Notes under the pieces: model-generated
The model's database searches: none
What the model was told of the DNA's origin: nothing
What the model saw: only the letters and a program-made list of their open reading frames with translations
Position numbers and translations under genes: made by a program
Assembly: GCA_964016885.1 (NCBI GenBank)
Contig: OZ024742.1
Location: 121,768,001 to 121,832,000 of the forward strand
Reading direction: 5' to 3'
Length of the DNA stretch: 64,000 nt
From: Eledone cirrhosa
Taxonomy: Eukaryota
Part shown: positions 39,444-52,044 of the stretch, one piece after another
Position numbering within the stretch: position 1 is the first letter of the stretch
How the letters are laid out: every line of letters starts with the position of its first letter

Positions 39444-39829
39444 GATATATATTGTAAGAGATAACTTACAATGTAAGTTAAGCTTCGTTGTGAAAAGTAA
39501 AGAAAAGGAAATACATGAGAGTTTCAGATTTTGTTAAACCACCACCACACAACGCTTGCCAGTCGTCTAATAGTAGCATATATCTAATTGTTATGCATAC
39601 CAGTGTGAACAGAATTAAATTGGTATGTATAATTGACAACAACGCATTTCTTCACGGAATGAGATATGTGAAATTTAACAAAAGACAAAAGATTCATAGT
39701 TTGATCTCTTGCTAATTTCCACCGAACTACAAATACCACATAGTCTTCAAACGAAATTGAGTTATTGTGAATTATTTCACCTGTAAAACTTTGCAAGTTT
39801 TATTATATGTTACAATAGAGCAGTGGATT

Positions 39830-40030
39830 TTCAGTATTGCTAGAGCACTGGGTAACATGTTTTGCAACATGCAGTTACGTCCCTTTATGTTCTCAGTTCA
39901 AATCTCACCGAGATTAGGTTTCCTCCTTACAGGGTTGATAAAATAAAGTACTAGTAACGTACTGGGGTGGATTTAATTGACTTTGCCCTCTCACCAAATT
40001 GTTGGCTTTGTGTCTAAATCAAAAACTATT
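39830..40030 (+). mobile_element. Degenerate family A SINE
   Basis: CAGTTCAAATCTCACCGAG..CCTTACAGGGTTGATAAAATAAAGTACTAG. Confidence 0.75.
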
Positions 40031-40439
40031 ATAAGCTCCAACGCCAAATAACTCTCTAATACAGATACTTCAAATCTTGCACCTACCTCTAAAAGGGTAA
40101 TTCCGGAAAATTGCATTCTCCATTTTTAATTGTCTGGATGAGTAAAAAATATATTGAGCTACGTTTACTCCAGCAAAATAAAGTGTTTTGCTCAAGGATA
40201 CAACACATTGCCTTGTCCGAGAATCGAACTCAATTTACAACTCTAACGTTCTAACTATTAAGCCATGCGCCTTCATTGGATATATATACATATATATGTG
40301 TGTCCGCGTGTGTGATAGAAAGCCACCCAAAGCCAAAGACCAACTGTTTAACCGTCCCACGCTAGATACCAGCATGGTATTTAACTCCGAATAGGAAGCC
40401 TGAACATTGCTATCAATCCGTTTTGTACTTTGCACAAAC

Positions 40440-42240
40440 TATTGCTGCTATCAGCCGTCACAAAACATGTGTTTGGCTTCAAAGTATTACCACTTTAAAC
40501 AAGTCATTATGTGAGTAGTCCACTTATACTTTCAGAAAATATTAAAGAATCGTGGAAATATCTCAAGGAAGCAACATATTCTGCTTCACTTGAAGCTCTT
40601 GGTCTGCTGAAGTATGAGCATCAAGATTGGTTATCATAAAATAATACAGAAAAAAATCATTCCGCTCGTAAAGTATGGATTTCTGGCTAAAAGTCTTCAG
40701 CGAAAAAGAAATCAGATCTAGACTGTAAATAAACTGTTCAACGGAACTTTAGGAAAATGAAAGCTGAGTGGTGAATATCAACACACACCATACCATGAAG
40801 GCATAAATAGATTAATGCCCACCCCCAACAATGTGCGATCTCATCAGTATTAGCATCAGATGGATCTATTTTCCTAATAGATAAACGTCATATCCTTAAC
40901 CGCTGGAAACGGCATGGTGAAACTGTTGAATTATTCATCTGTTGTGGATCATAATATCACTGAATCATTTCCACTGAGGTAGGAAATCCCTCAACTAGAA
41001 TTTGATCCGATAAATGCCGAAGTCACATCAGCTATAAGGCTAATGGAATCCGGTAAATCGCCTAGTAATGAGGCAATACCAGCCAAGGTGTACAAATATT
41101 GAGGCAGAGTACTTCTGTGTAAGCTGTTGGATTTGTTCGTTTTGATTTAGAATAAAAAGTTGACTCCTTAGAAATTATAAAAACTCTATTACTCAGCTAT
41201 TTAAACAAAAAAGAGAAAACAGAATTATAGGATAATCTTCGAGGCGGCAAAATGGCGAGCAAAATACTTGCTCGAGTTATTTTCAGCAGAGTAATAAGGC
41301 GGCTGATACAACATGATTATTCTGAATCATAGTGTGGCTTCAGGCTGGGAAAAAAACCATAGACATGATATATAGCTTGCAGCAAGTTGAAAAGCGGCAT
41401 TAGACAAGAACAGTGACCTATTTATAATCTCTGTGATGCTTTGTGGTCAGTGTTGAAAAAGTTTGGGATTTTTAATAAGATGCTCAATGTCAATGTCCTT
41501 CCATGAAAACATGCAAGCGTCTGTTAAGTCAGATGCCAGTTCTTCAGATCATTTGCCAGTAAACAAATGTGACAAAGCAGGGATCCCTAATGGCCCCTGT
41601 TTTGTTTGCTATTGAATTTTTTCCAATGTTGGAGTATATCTTCAGTAATAATTGTTTCTACTTTTGGCACAAGGCCAGCAATTATGCCAGTGTATTACTG
41701 GTGTTTTATTTTATCGACCCCGTAAGGACGAAAGGAAAAGTTAACCTCGGCGGGATTTGAACTCAGATCACAAAGGGACGTAACTCTTTGCTGCAAAGCA
41801 TGGAGTTACGGGATTATAATAACGGAGTTATGTTTCAATATAGAATATTAGGTAGGCTCTTTAATCCCCAAAGATTTATGGCAAATGCCCTTACTAGGAT
41901 GAAGACTCTTTTAGATTTCATGTTTGTAGACGAAGCACAAGATGTAGTAAGCGGTTGGTCTGAGAGTTTGTCTGAAAACCTACACCTATTCATAAATGAA
42001 GCCCCAATACCATGCACCATCACTTAAAAGTCTTGTGGACAACAAGTATGTGAACCAATTCTAGTGATTTATAAATGATAAAATAGTAAATAGGATCACC
42101 ATGGCTGATGATGTCGTTGGAAAGCTGCGAGCAAAGGCATGGAATGAGAGAGGATTGAATTTGAAAACAAAAATGTCAGTTTACAGTGCAGTTATCGTCT
42201 TAACATTGCTGTATGTGTCCGAATCTCTATTCAGTCATTC
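40440..42240 (+). mobile_element. Old, heavily decayed RTE LINE fragment
   Basis: Fragments HQDW, SGKSP..IPAKVYKY, ES*CGFR, KQGSLMAPVLF, GRLFNPQRF..DFMFVDE, GLNLKTKMSVYSAVIVLTLLYVSE, collinear with the RTE at 4757-8254. Confidence 0.8.
41648..41800 (-). mobile_element. Family A SINE nested in the old RTE
   Basis: Reverse-strand tail, core and B box (GGATTTGAACTC). Confidence 0.88.
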
Positions 42241-42420
42241 AGAGAAATGAGACCGTCTGTAAGTAGCCTAAAACACAGGAAGTGGAGGGAAGAAAAATAG
42301 GTAGAGACAGAAGGAAACGAGAAAAAAAAACAAACAAAAACTTAGAGGCATAGGGAAGGAACGTCTATTGTACTATATTAAATTGACCGAAGTGGGGACA
42401 TTATTTTTTAGCCCAGGGCA

Positions 42421-42581
42421 ATGGATTGGCAGTATCGGTAGAGGGTCAGACACCATGCTTTGCAACATAGAGTTACGGCCCTTTACAGACTGAGTTCAAA
42501 TCCTTACAGGGTCGATAAAATAAAGTACCAGTAATGCACTGGAATAATTGCTGGCCTTGTGCCCAAAGTAGAAACAATTAT
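42421..42581 (+). mobile_element. Family A SINE with internal deletion
   Basis: TGGCAGTATCGG, GAGTTCAAATCC, GGGTCGATAAAATAAAGTACCAG, tail. Confidence 0.88.
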
Positions 42582-42911
42582 TTTTTAGCCCTTTTATACA
42601 CACACACACACACACAGCACACATACACACACACGCGCGCACACACACATACACAGACGCACTCACACACACACACACACATTATGATAATCAGTGTTGG
42701 CTGATCCAATTAATCTATCAACAATATTGTAATCAGGTAGAAGCACTTGACGACATGGATGCCACAGGGTATTACGTATATGGTATCAGGCAGTGTACCA
42801 ATATTAGGAAAAGGAAGAGTGGCAGTATCACATATTCAACATCACTTTATTCCATTACATGTAATAGAATAAAATGATATTGAATATAAAAAACCGTCTC
42901 TCTACCTTTTC

Positions 42912-42983
<72 letters not shown>

Positions 42984-43239
42984 TATAAACAAGTAGTATA
43001 AATCAAGAGGTTAAAATTAACTTCGGTTATGCATATTCACTGTTATATATATTTTGTTGATAACCATTATTCAACAGTTATGACCTCATCAGACAGCTAG
43101 AACTTGAACAGAAAAAAACAGAAAAACATAATCTTGAAACAACGTTTACATCCGTTATTTCGGTCCTTTGATATGCCCTGTCCTGAAGTATGGTGTTGTT
43201 TTCTCAAAGAACTGGTGGCATGTATATATATAGGAAAGG

Positions 43240-43417
43240 CGCTGGATTGGCAGTATCGGTGGAAGGTCGGACACCATGCTTTGAAACATAGAGTTGCGTC
43301 CCTTTACAGTCTTAGTTCAAATCCCGCTGAGGTTAACTTTGACTTTCATCCTTTACTGGTTAAAATAAAGTACCAGTAAAGCACTGGGATAATTGCTGGC
43401 CTTGTGCCAAAAGTAGA

Positions 43418-43420
<3 letters not shown>
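43240..43420 (+). mobile_element. Family A SINE
   Basis: A box, B box, core and tail as in other copies. Confidence 0.88.
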
Positions 43421-43480
<60 letters not shown>

Positions 43481-43485
<5 letters not shown>

Positions 43486-43763
43486 GTTTGGAGTTGGAAG
43501 GCCCAGACAATGCAGGTATGGATATAGAATATAAATGCAAATGCAAAAGATATTGTTGACAATTAGTCTTTTACCTTAAATTTATTCAAATATCCTTAAT
43601 TTTCGAGATAATATCTCTTCTTCGGAGGGAAGTAAAGGGGTTAATCCAGTGTTCTAATTAGCTTGTCAAGTCATGCTTGACAAGCTAATAATATCTTTTG
43701 CATTTGCATTTATATTCTATATCCATACCTGCATTGTCTGGGCCTTCCAACTCCAAACGTTTA
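43481..43763. mobile_element. 283-bp foldback mini-element with decayed hammerhead
   Basis: 74-bp perfect arms 43481-43554/43690-43763; inner hairpin 43658-43688; minus-strand CCT-CCGAAGA-A-GAGAT(ATT)ATCTC-GAAA-AT-TA-AGG at 43594-43628; (TA)n at left. Confidence 0.75.
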
Positions 43764-44636
43764 CACCTCATTACTCAATGCTTCAAGTAAACTACAACTT
43801 CCTCCTATATATATATATATATATATATATGAACAGAAGAAAGTGTACTCAGTACCTAGAGTAAAGCACTATTTAATTTATTCAGTTGTGCCATATACGC
43901 CATGTCACTGTGTCTCTGTGCCTTCTTGTTTCTGTCTTTCCGTGCATAATCGCTCGTTCAGATGACATACATCGATTATGTTGCGGAAACATAACAAATT
44001 CACAATAACGTAGCAGCATAATGGATCCAGTGTTTCATCAAATCCAGTCGTGATTAAAATATGCACTATGAAGCATGATTTAGCAATAAATATCGGTGAA
44101 TGGGGAGAGGGTATAACTAGTGAATTATTCCTGAATAAAACTAAACGGAAAAGATAAAAAAAATGAAAAAGAAAGAGGATGTAACTATGCTAATGGAAAT
44201 TATTTTAGGTTAAATAAAATTCAAATTTAAAAGGGGGAGTGATTTATTAAGGGTTTGCTGGAAAAAAATTATAATTAGAAAGGAATTTACTGTAAATGAA
44301 AAGGAAATAACGTAGAGGGGAAGGAACGTATCAGGAAGATTTAAACAGTTATTACAGTTATTAAAATGATTAATTACATACTTAATTAATGTTATGGAGA
44401 AAAGTAGGTTTATCAACACAGGTTCGAATTAATCAACAAGAAGAGTGTAAGTTCGTTATATGGGAATAGGATTAAAAATGTTAATGGTCTGAGGAAAATT
44501 CTTATCGATTTTGAATTTATTGTTTTTTTTCGATAAAAAGCACAAACCCTCGATCTAAATTCTACTTTTGAAAAGCATAAGAACAGTGAAACCGGTAAAG
44601 GAAATAAATAAATATTCTTAAAAAGACTCCAGTTAC

Positions 44637-44722
<86 letters not shown>

Positions 44723-44727
<5 letters not shown>

Positions 44728-45060
44728 AATGGCCGGACGTAAGAAAAATAGAACATGGGGAGATATCCGATTTTAAAGGGAGTGAAGGAAGAAGGGCATT
44801 CCAGAAGACTCCGGGAGGCAGTTCAATTGAGCCAACAGGGTCAGTGGGCGACAAGGGAAGGTGTAGTCCAGAAGTCTCTCAGTGGAAATGACTTGTGGCA
44901 TATGGCGCCTCTGACAGTCACATTTCTCCTCAGATCTGTCTATAATTTCCTGCCCTCGAATACAAATTTAGTCACGTGGGGCAAATCAGATAACCCCGAG
45001 TGCCCCACTCTGTTAGGGTAGGCAGACAGAGGAACACATTCTGAGCTCATACTAGGGTAG
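44723..45060 (+). mobile_element. Fragment of a Hero-like RLE non-LTR retrotransposon
   Basis: AVQLSQQGQWAT..DLWHMAPLTVTFLLRSVYNFLPSNTNLVTWGKSDNPECP..QTEEHILSS resembles the pre-CCHC region of Hero elements. Confidence 0.7.
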
Positions 45061-45285
45061 ATACACGTTTTTTTAGTCTTGTTTTTGCATTTCAAGATGT
45101 TTTCGTGGAACGACGAGTAGTTAGTGGTGATGTGTTCTTTTATTCCTGGGTGAAGGGATCGAATAAATATACTCGTGATTCAGGCGAGCCCTTAAATGTT
45201 CGGATAGCATGTTCGTTTACTTTAAATGCAACATTCTATGTATTTCATATTTAGGTTGCCAATAAATAGTACCAGTAAAGTACCT

Positions 45286-45332
<47 letters not shown>

Positions 45333-45899
45333 CTCACTATATAAGTACATACATCACGAAACCATCCCAATACATTAACTGATAATTAACCTCCAATATC
45401 TTTACAAATATAGAATTATTTAATACCGCCATATACATAAATGCAGATATGACAAAAATAAATTATATATTTTAAAACATGTGTTATTGACCAGTTTTTT
45501 CTGTCTCCTAGTGTATTTTTACACGATTTATTTTAGTACTGTTTACTAGAATCTGCATTATAGTGACTTTTATTTTTAAAAAAAGCATATTTTAAATTCG
45601 TCTGTGATTTAAAAGATGTACCGATGTTTATATTTCTAGCTTGAATTATTACAGCTTTTAAAATGAATTGGCGTAATGGTAAAATGTCGTCATCTGGTAT
45701 ACGACATTTCTGTGGCTTGATTTACGCAGGCGTTTCTCTCCACTTGAATTAAAAGCAAATATCCTTTGCTACATATCAGTGTGAGTCATCTAGTGTAGTA
45801 AAGAAAGTAAGATTGGTGCAAGAGCTATTCCGGTTTTTCTGGCGCCACGGCAATCATCCACAGGAATTCAAATTTGCTACAATGGTGTAAATATACAAG

Positions 45900-46400
45900 T
45901 GCGTAAAGAAACCAGCCAGTCTCATGAAAACGACCCAAACCTCTCATAGCCTGGAAGATCCTTGCCATATTTCACCTGAACTGTGGAAGATAATGTTCAA
46001 TACTAGCTGCTGCCCGGACAAGTTTATCAACAAGAGTTGTCAACAAAACTCAACAAGAGGAATGATAGCTCTTGTGTGCGATGATAGCGAAAGAGCAGCT
46101 GAATTTCCTGTCAGTTATGATATAAAATAGGGGTGTGCAGTGGCATTAAAACTATTCAGACATTTTCTGAGCAACACTGACAGATACTATCAGGTGTAAC
46201 CTCCTCACTCTGCAGGTGTAAGCATCTGTCACACACTTGATAGTGGGTTTACTCACCTGAAAGCAGTCACTAAATTTCAAACTATCAATATTCGTTACCT
46301 CATTTTTTTCGGACGGTTGTGCATTGAAAGCTTCGATTTCCGATGACATGCATTAAAGCCTTGACAGGCTCTCTGCTGTTGACAACGACAGACTATAAGC
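45900..46400 (+). mobile_element. Very old RTE RT fragment
   Basis: LWKIM..CPDKFI..GMIALV..EFPVSYDIK*GCAVALKLF parallels LWKVL..CPDKFL..GVKQGD..PTLF. Confidence 0.6.
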
Positions 46401-46709
46401 ACAACAGATCTGAAGTGGTGTAATGATGAAAGTACATAATTGTTATTTTGTATTTAATATCAAAACACAATTAAATAAACATTTATAGTAAGCTCACAAA
46501 TTTCAAAATATAATAAAAACATTATTTAATTATTTTGATTAAATAATATGTTATAAATGTAAAATGAAAACCAAACGAAGTAATTTGAGATATGCATGAA
46601 AGAACTACGATTTATTTCGTCTAAGCTTCCTTTTGGCATAGTTATCCATTACTTTATTAAAATCTACTCTCCGTAGACAACAACTGTCTTTAAACGTAAT
46701 CAACTTTCG

Positions 46710-46795
46710 AGAAATTTAAACTTCGAAATTTAAACTTCGAAATTTAAACTTCGAAATTTAAACTTCGAAATTTAAACTTTCGAGAAATTTAAACA
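46710..46795. repeat. 14-bp tandem repeat, ~6 copies
   Basis: GAAATTTAAACTTC repeated. Confidence 0.9.
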
Positions 46796-47319
46796 AATAG
46801 TATATCTTAAGGGACGGCTTGCCTCATGGTCCCGCACTTACTAGCCTTCAATAGGCTATGTGTTACTGAAACAAAAAGATACCTGTTTCGGGGAAGGGTA
46901 AATGTTCACTTACCTAGTAGCTTTCTCTCGAGATACATTTATAATGATATCAATTGATGAATTACTATAGCAGAGGCAGCCTTTGAAAGGCTACGCCTCG
47001 GTTTGGATCGCAAGGCATGCGCAGTTTACATCAGGTATACGAAACATCCGAGACACTTTCACATTTTATTTTGTAACTGATAGATACGCATTTATTGACA
47101 AGACAAGTTGCAGACATGGAAGTGCTTCAACAGGAAAACTAGACTAGATGGTCATGGGTCGAATACATTTGATAAAAGGTCTACTCGATCAAAGTTAACA
47201 TGATACCAAATGATATATTTAATTATTTTTTGTTAGGTATTAAAAGACAAAAATACGAACAATAAAAATAAACAAACATCAATGATTACTCTCAATTATT
47301 GAGTAAATTTATAACGGTT

Positions 47320-47525
47320 CTGATCTAGGCACAAGGCCAACAAATTTTGGGTAGGGGAAAGTCGATTAAATCAACCTCAGTGCGTTACTGGTAATTTATT
47401 TTAACGACGCCGTAAGGATAGAAGGCAAACCTAATCTCGGCGGGATTTGAACACAAAACGTACAGTGGACATAGCTCCATGCCACAAAGCATGTTGTCCG
47501 ACTCTCTACCGATACTGTCAGTCCC
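47320..47525 (-). mobile_element. Family A SINE
   Basis: Reverse-strand tail, core CCGTAAGGATAGAAGGCAAAC, B box GGATTTGAAC, A box CCGATACTG. Confidence 0.8.
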
Positions 47526-49112
47526 TTAAGTGATCTATAATAAAAAATACTTCAATACAACCTGTATCACATGACATTATAATATGCCTAAGCAGCACTC
47601 CTATAATGACAAACGTTTCTATGAAATTCATAAATGGTGTATTGTAGTAAGTTTCGTTTTTCCTGAAGCAAGAATTCCGTTTTAAGAAATAGTCCTGTTC
47701 TAGCTATTTCTATCTGATTTGACATGTTATTTGAATTAATAACTCTATCCTATATTTTTAGATTTATTAGTTTCCAAATAGAGATTGGCATCTTCCTTTC
47801 CTCCCGTCAACAGGTTTGATTCATAGCTTTAATAGAAATTATACGATTTCTAAAATGTTCCACATTGTATTTAAGTTTTCTAAACTTCATAGGTTGATGT
47901 GCTTTTCTCGACTTATAGACAGGCATAGACATTAACTAATTTATAAACTACTTAACAGCTTGATAGCATTTTGTAATTCTTATAGTCCATCATTTTCTAA
48001 CGTTAACTTTCTATAACATGTTTCATTAATAATTCCTTGTTTACATTTAATTTTCGACCTTCACTTATTTTATAGTTCTTAGATATTCATAAATCTTTCA
48101 AGATTGCAATATCTGTACTGCTTGCTTTTCATTTACTTCTCCCACTATTTTTTCGTTTACTATCCTGCAAATTAGTTTCCTAGAAGACTTTATTATGTTT
48201 CCAATTTTTTTCTATTTTCCTATGGAATAATATGTGCAGATAGTTCATTTTTCTTTGTATCTTGCCTAATGCATTTATCAATCTTGTTGACAGCATAAAA
48301 GATGCAGTAAATTGTTTGGCATTCGATTGGTTTGTTATCGATGGGCTTGTGTTAGTTGCTGTGTATTGTATTTTGAGGCATTGTGAGAGAACAAAATTTA
48401 TCGAAGTGATTTCTTCAATTGTCCGCATATCCTAACTACACATTGAGGTGAATCTATTGATAATTATATAATGTGGACCTTGATATAGATGTGCTTAATT
48501 GATCTTATTGATCTGATACAAAGATCAAAGCTTACTGCTTCTAGTTCACTTTGCTTAGACGACCCCAGAATTCCTTTACATCTAATTTCTCTCCATATCT
48601 CATTTAACATGATCATATATTCTTTTGTTCAATAAATTATTCGAAATTTTTTTAGTTAATTTCTTTGTTATTCGTTACATTTCCGTTTTCCCTTTAACGT
48701 CAATGATTGTAATTGTTTTTATCATTCAATAAATATTTCTGATTAGTTATTTACATACTAAGCCAATTTAATCTTTTCTGCAGTAAGACATTTTAACTTT
48801 TGTCTTAACTACTCAAGTCTTCCGCATTATATATCAAAGAATGCGTTAAACGCTTCGATATTGTTGCTGTCAATGAATTTCAGTTCTCTTGAATTTCAGT
48901 AAAACACTTCTCTAGCTTGTCTTTTATATATCCTCCAAACATTCGACACTCTACAATTTCACCATTACAAAACATACCTAATCCTTTTAAACAGTAATGT
49001 TTATATCTTATTAACAATTATTCAGGTAGTTTTCACCTTCAAACACCATTTCACACGAACCTATATATATCTTTGTAAAACAGATTTCATCCAGAAGACT
49101 ATTTATTAGAAA

Positions 49113-49417
49113 CGCACGAGGATATATTTCATTTCAACAATGAATATTTAAATAGTATTTGTTTTATATATTTAACGTTAACTAATCGCAGGATTATATT
49201 TTCCAAATATAATCTTTCTGAGAATAAATGTGACAAGCTGTCACTATAGACCTTTCTTCATATGACAGAAATTCCAAAGATTCTACCCAGAAATCCACGA
49301 TGGAGAGTTGATATTGTTGTTGTTGTTGGTTAAACTTTAGATAAGTTCTTATAAAGGAAATTGACGGCACGCATGCAGTCATATGTGATGTGATGCGGTA
49401 GTCTCGTAACTTTCGAG
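49113..49417 (+). repeat. 305-bp direct duplication, copy 1 (copy 2 at 51740-52044)
   Basis: Near-identical sequence bracketing the LTR cluster; gives duplicate ORFs 49194-49382 and 51821-52060. Confidence 0.95.
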
Positions 49418-49483
49418 TTTAGGAGTTTAGTATCGGTGTACATATATGTATTATCAGAAATGACAATAAATGCCGGTGTGTGT

Positions 49484-49852
49484 TGTGACAAGGTTTTACT
49501 TCACAGAAGTCAAATGAATTAATATAAATAAATGGTTACCCGTTGGTCACAACTCCTAGGCTGAAGTGTGTGGAGAAGAACAGAGATCTTCTCTTGGAGG
49601 TGTTAACATTTTCTTAGGCTGCCGGTGGCATTCTTCTTGAGTGGCGAAGGAAATGAGGCAGGAATTCTTCTTCTTGATGGCGAGGAAATGAGACAGGAGT
49701 CATCTCATGACAAGATCGCAGGTGTTGTTAACACTTTGGAATTCATGAGGTGAGAGAGGCTGGTAGCTTAGCAGCCCCTAGATTTATAGTGCCCAGGGGG
49801 ACGCAACTCCGTTTAGTACCTGAATCTGCCAATGGAGGTCGCGCCTGTCGCA
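49484..49852 (-). mobile_element. Probable solo LTR
   Basis: Termini TGTGACA..TGTCGCA (TG..CA inverted ends); minus-strand TATAAAT; no TSD visible. Confidence 0.55.
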
Positions 49853-51739
49853 TGAAGTAAAGTTATTTGTTACCGTTTTGAAGTTAGCTCACAAGAGACC
49901 ATGTTAGGGTTGCCAGGCGAACGCACCTGGCCGAAGGGCCAGACAGGTTAGAAGAGAGTGAGATCGTCCTGACCTATCTCTTTTATAGGGTCTCAGGATG
50001 GAAGTGACAAAAAGGGTTCTGCCACCCCAACGGGAAGTAACTCCAGCTACTTCCTGTCTAGAGAGCGGTGATGTGATTGTCATAACAAGGGAGGCAACTC
50101 TTGCTACATTATCTCCCGCCAGATTTTTAAAATAAAAAAATCGAATGAACCATGTATGGAGTAAGATGGCGAGCATGTAACACCAAAGTGCAGGCATGAA
50201 AATTACGAAAAAAATAATGTTTGCAATAAAAGGAAAACAGCAAAATATATGCATGCAAAAATCAATGATAGATATCAAGGTAGCCAACCGCTCTTGGCCA
50301 GAGAACGACTGGACATCTATCTATCCATCACTCAAAGATACAATGTAATCAAAGTAAAAGAAGAGGTCAAAGTTCAAATGTTCCAAATACAGTTCACAGG
50401 CGTGCAATCACATGACAGCAGGAAAGAAAGTGTGGCCTCCAGAGAATGTATGCAGGTGGTCTCTAGACTGTAGTACAACGTGGAATTCGGTGGGATTTTC
50501 TCACAGGATGAGTGCTGCAAAAATAAATTCTCTGTTTGGGTCTGCTGGTTTTGGTTGTTGATGTTGTTGTCTCGCGGAGTGAGCGTATTCGATGTTGTTT
50601 CCGTTCACAGTGAAATCTTTCCCAGAAAAAATGAGTTGCGCAAAGTGCTAGAAATAACAGCCAAAGTTGATGGTCGATATTGAGAATGCGTTGACCTGGA
50701 AGGATCAAGAGGCCAGCGACCAAAGAAATAAGCATTCTATATAAATGCGCAGTTTTCAACGGCAAATTTACGTGATAAATTTTTAAACCGGCAAATACGA
50801 GAATATAGCTTAAGACTGGAGAATCCTTGTCAAGAAACATTATCTATGGCGTGAGTTATCTCAGTGAGTCAAGATGTGTGCCCCCACACATGCCGAAACA
50901 AGGTTAAAGTCAAGTTGTAAAAAAAAATATTTCTATTGCGCGAGAAAATGGCGCGAAAATGATAGTACAACAGGTCGTTGGCAGCCATTTTGAAAAATTT
51001 GTGTGTGAACGTGACAATATGATGAAAAAGAAAGCAAGGCTTCACTTGGTATAACAAATATGGCGAGTTCAATATTTTTGTGAACGATGAAAAAAACCTG
51101 GCGGAAAGAATAAGCAATAGTTGAGATTCAGCAAAAATAAATGTTCATGTTGAAAAAGAGTCTGTCTGAACGAGAATTTCACATGTGCGTGTGTTCGTTT
51201 CTGTGTCTGCGAATTTTTCCTAGTTTGTTAATAAAGTTTGCTGCGTATTCGAAATGTTGGTCGACACATTCCAACGAAAATGGGGTACTGCTAATTAATT
51301 TTCTTTTTCCCATACTCACACAACACCAGAACCTGTTATTTTTTTCTTTTTTTTCGGGGTCACCACTTATAACCGAATACTGGTCTGTATGAATATAGCA
51401 AGACACTAGGTTGTGTGTATAAAGTTTAATTAACAAGTTGAAGTTATGTTGAATGGTTGACAAGTTAAGAGTAGATGAAAGAATGAAGTAAAGTTATTCG
51501 TTACCGTTTTGAAGTTAGCTCACAAGAGACCATGTTAGGGTTGCCAGGCGAACGCGCCTGGCCGAAGGGCCAGGCAGGTTAGAAGAGAGTGATATCGCCC
51601 TCACCTTTCCCTTTTATAGGGTCTCAGGACGGAAGTGACAAAAAGGGTTTTGCCACCCCAAGGGGAAGTAACTCCTGCTACTTCCTGTCTAGAGAGCGGT
51701 GATGTGATTGTCATAACAAGGGAGGCAACTCTTGCTACA
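49853..51739 (-). mobile_element. Non-autonomous LTR retrotransposon (Gypsy-type signals, non-coding interior)
   Basis: 256-bp shared LTR sequence 49853-50108/51484-51739 beginning TGTAGC on minus; TATAAAA; PPT-like GGCGGGAGATAA before the left LTR; PBS TGGTGACCCCGA (tRNA-Trp-like) at 51354-51365 implies the 5' LTR spans ~51368-51739. Confidence 0.8.
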
Positions 51740-52044
51740 CGCACGAGGATATATTTCATTTCAACAATGGATATTTAAATAGTATTTGTTTTATATATTT
51801 AACGTTAACTAATTGCAGGATTATATTTTCCAAATATAATCTTTCTGAGAATAAATGTGACAAGCTGCCACTGTAGACCTTTCTTCATATGACAGAAATT
51901 CCAAAGATTCTACCCAGAAATCCACAATGGAGAGTTGATATTGTTGTTGTTGTTGGTTAAACTTTAGATAAGTTCTTATAAAGGAAACTGACGGCACGCA
52001 TGCAGTCATATGTGATGTGATGCGGTAGTCTCGTAACTTTCGAG
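51740..52044 (+). repeat. 305-bp direct duplication, copy 2
   Basis: Starts immediately after the LTR terminal CA. Confidence 0.95.

Noticed and set aside
47600-49000. Very old CR1/L2-like LINE on the minus strand (RLINALGKIQRK)
   Set aside because: Only one weak motif; too decayed to support a call
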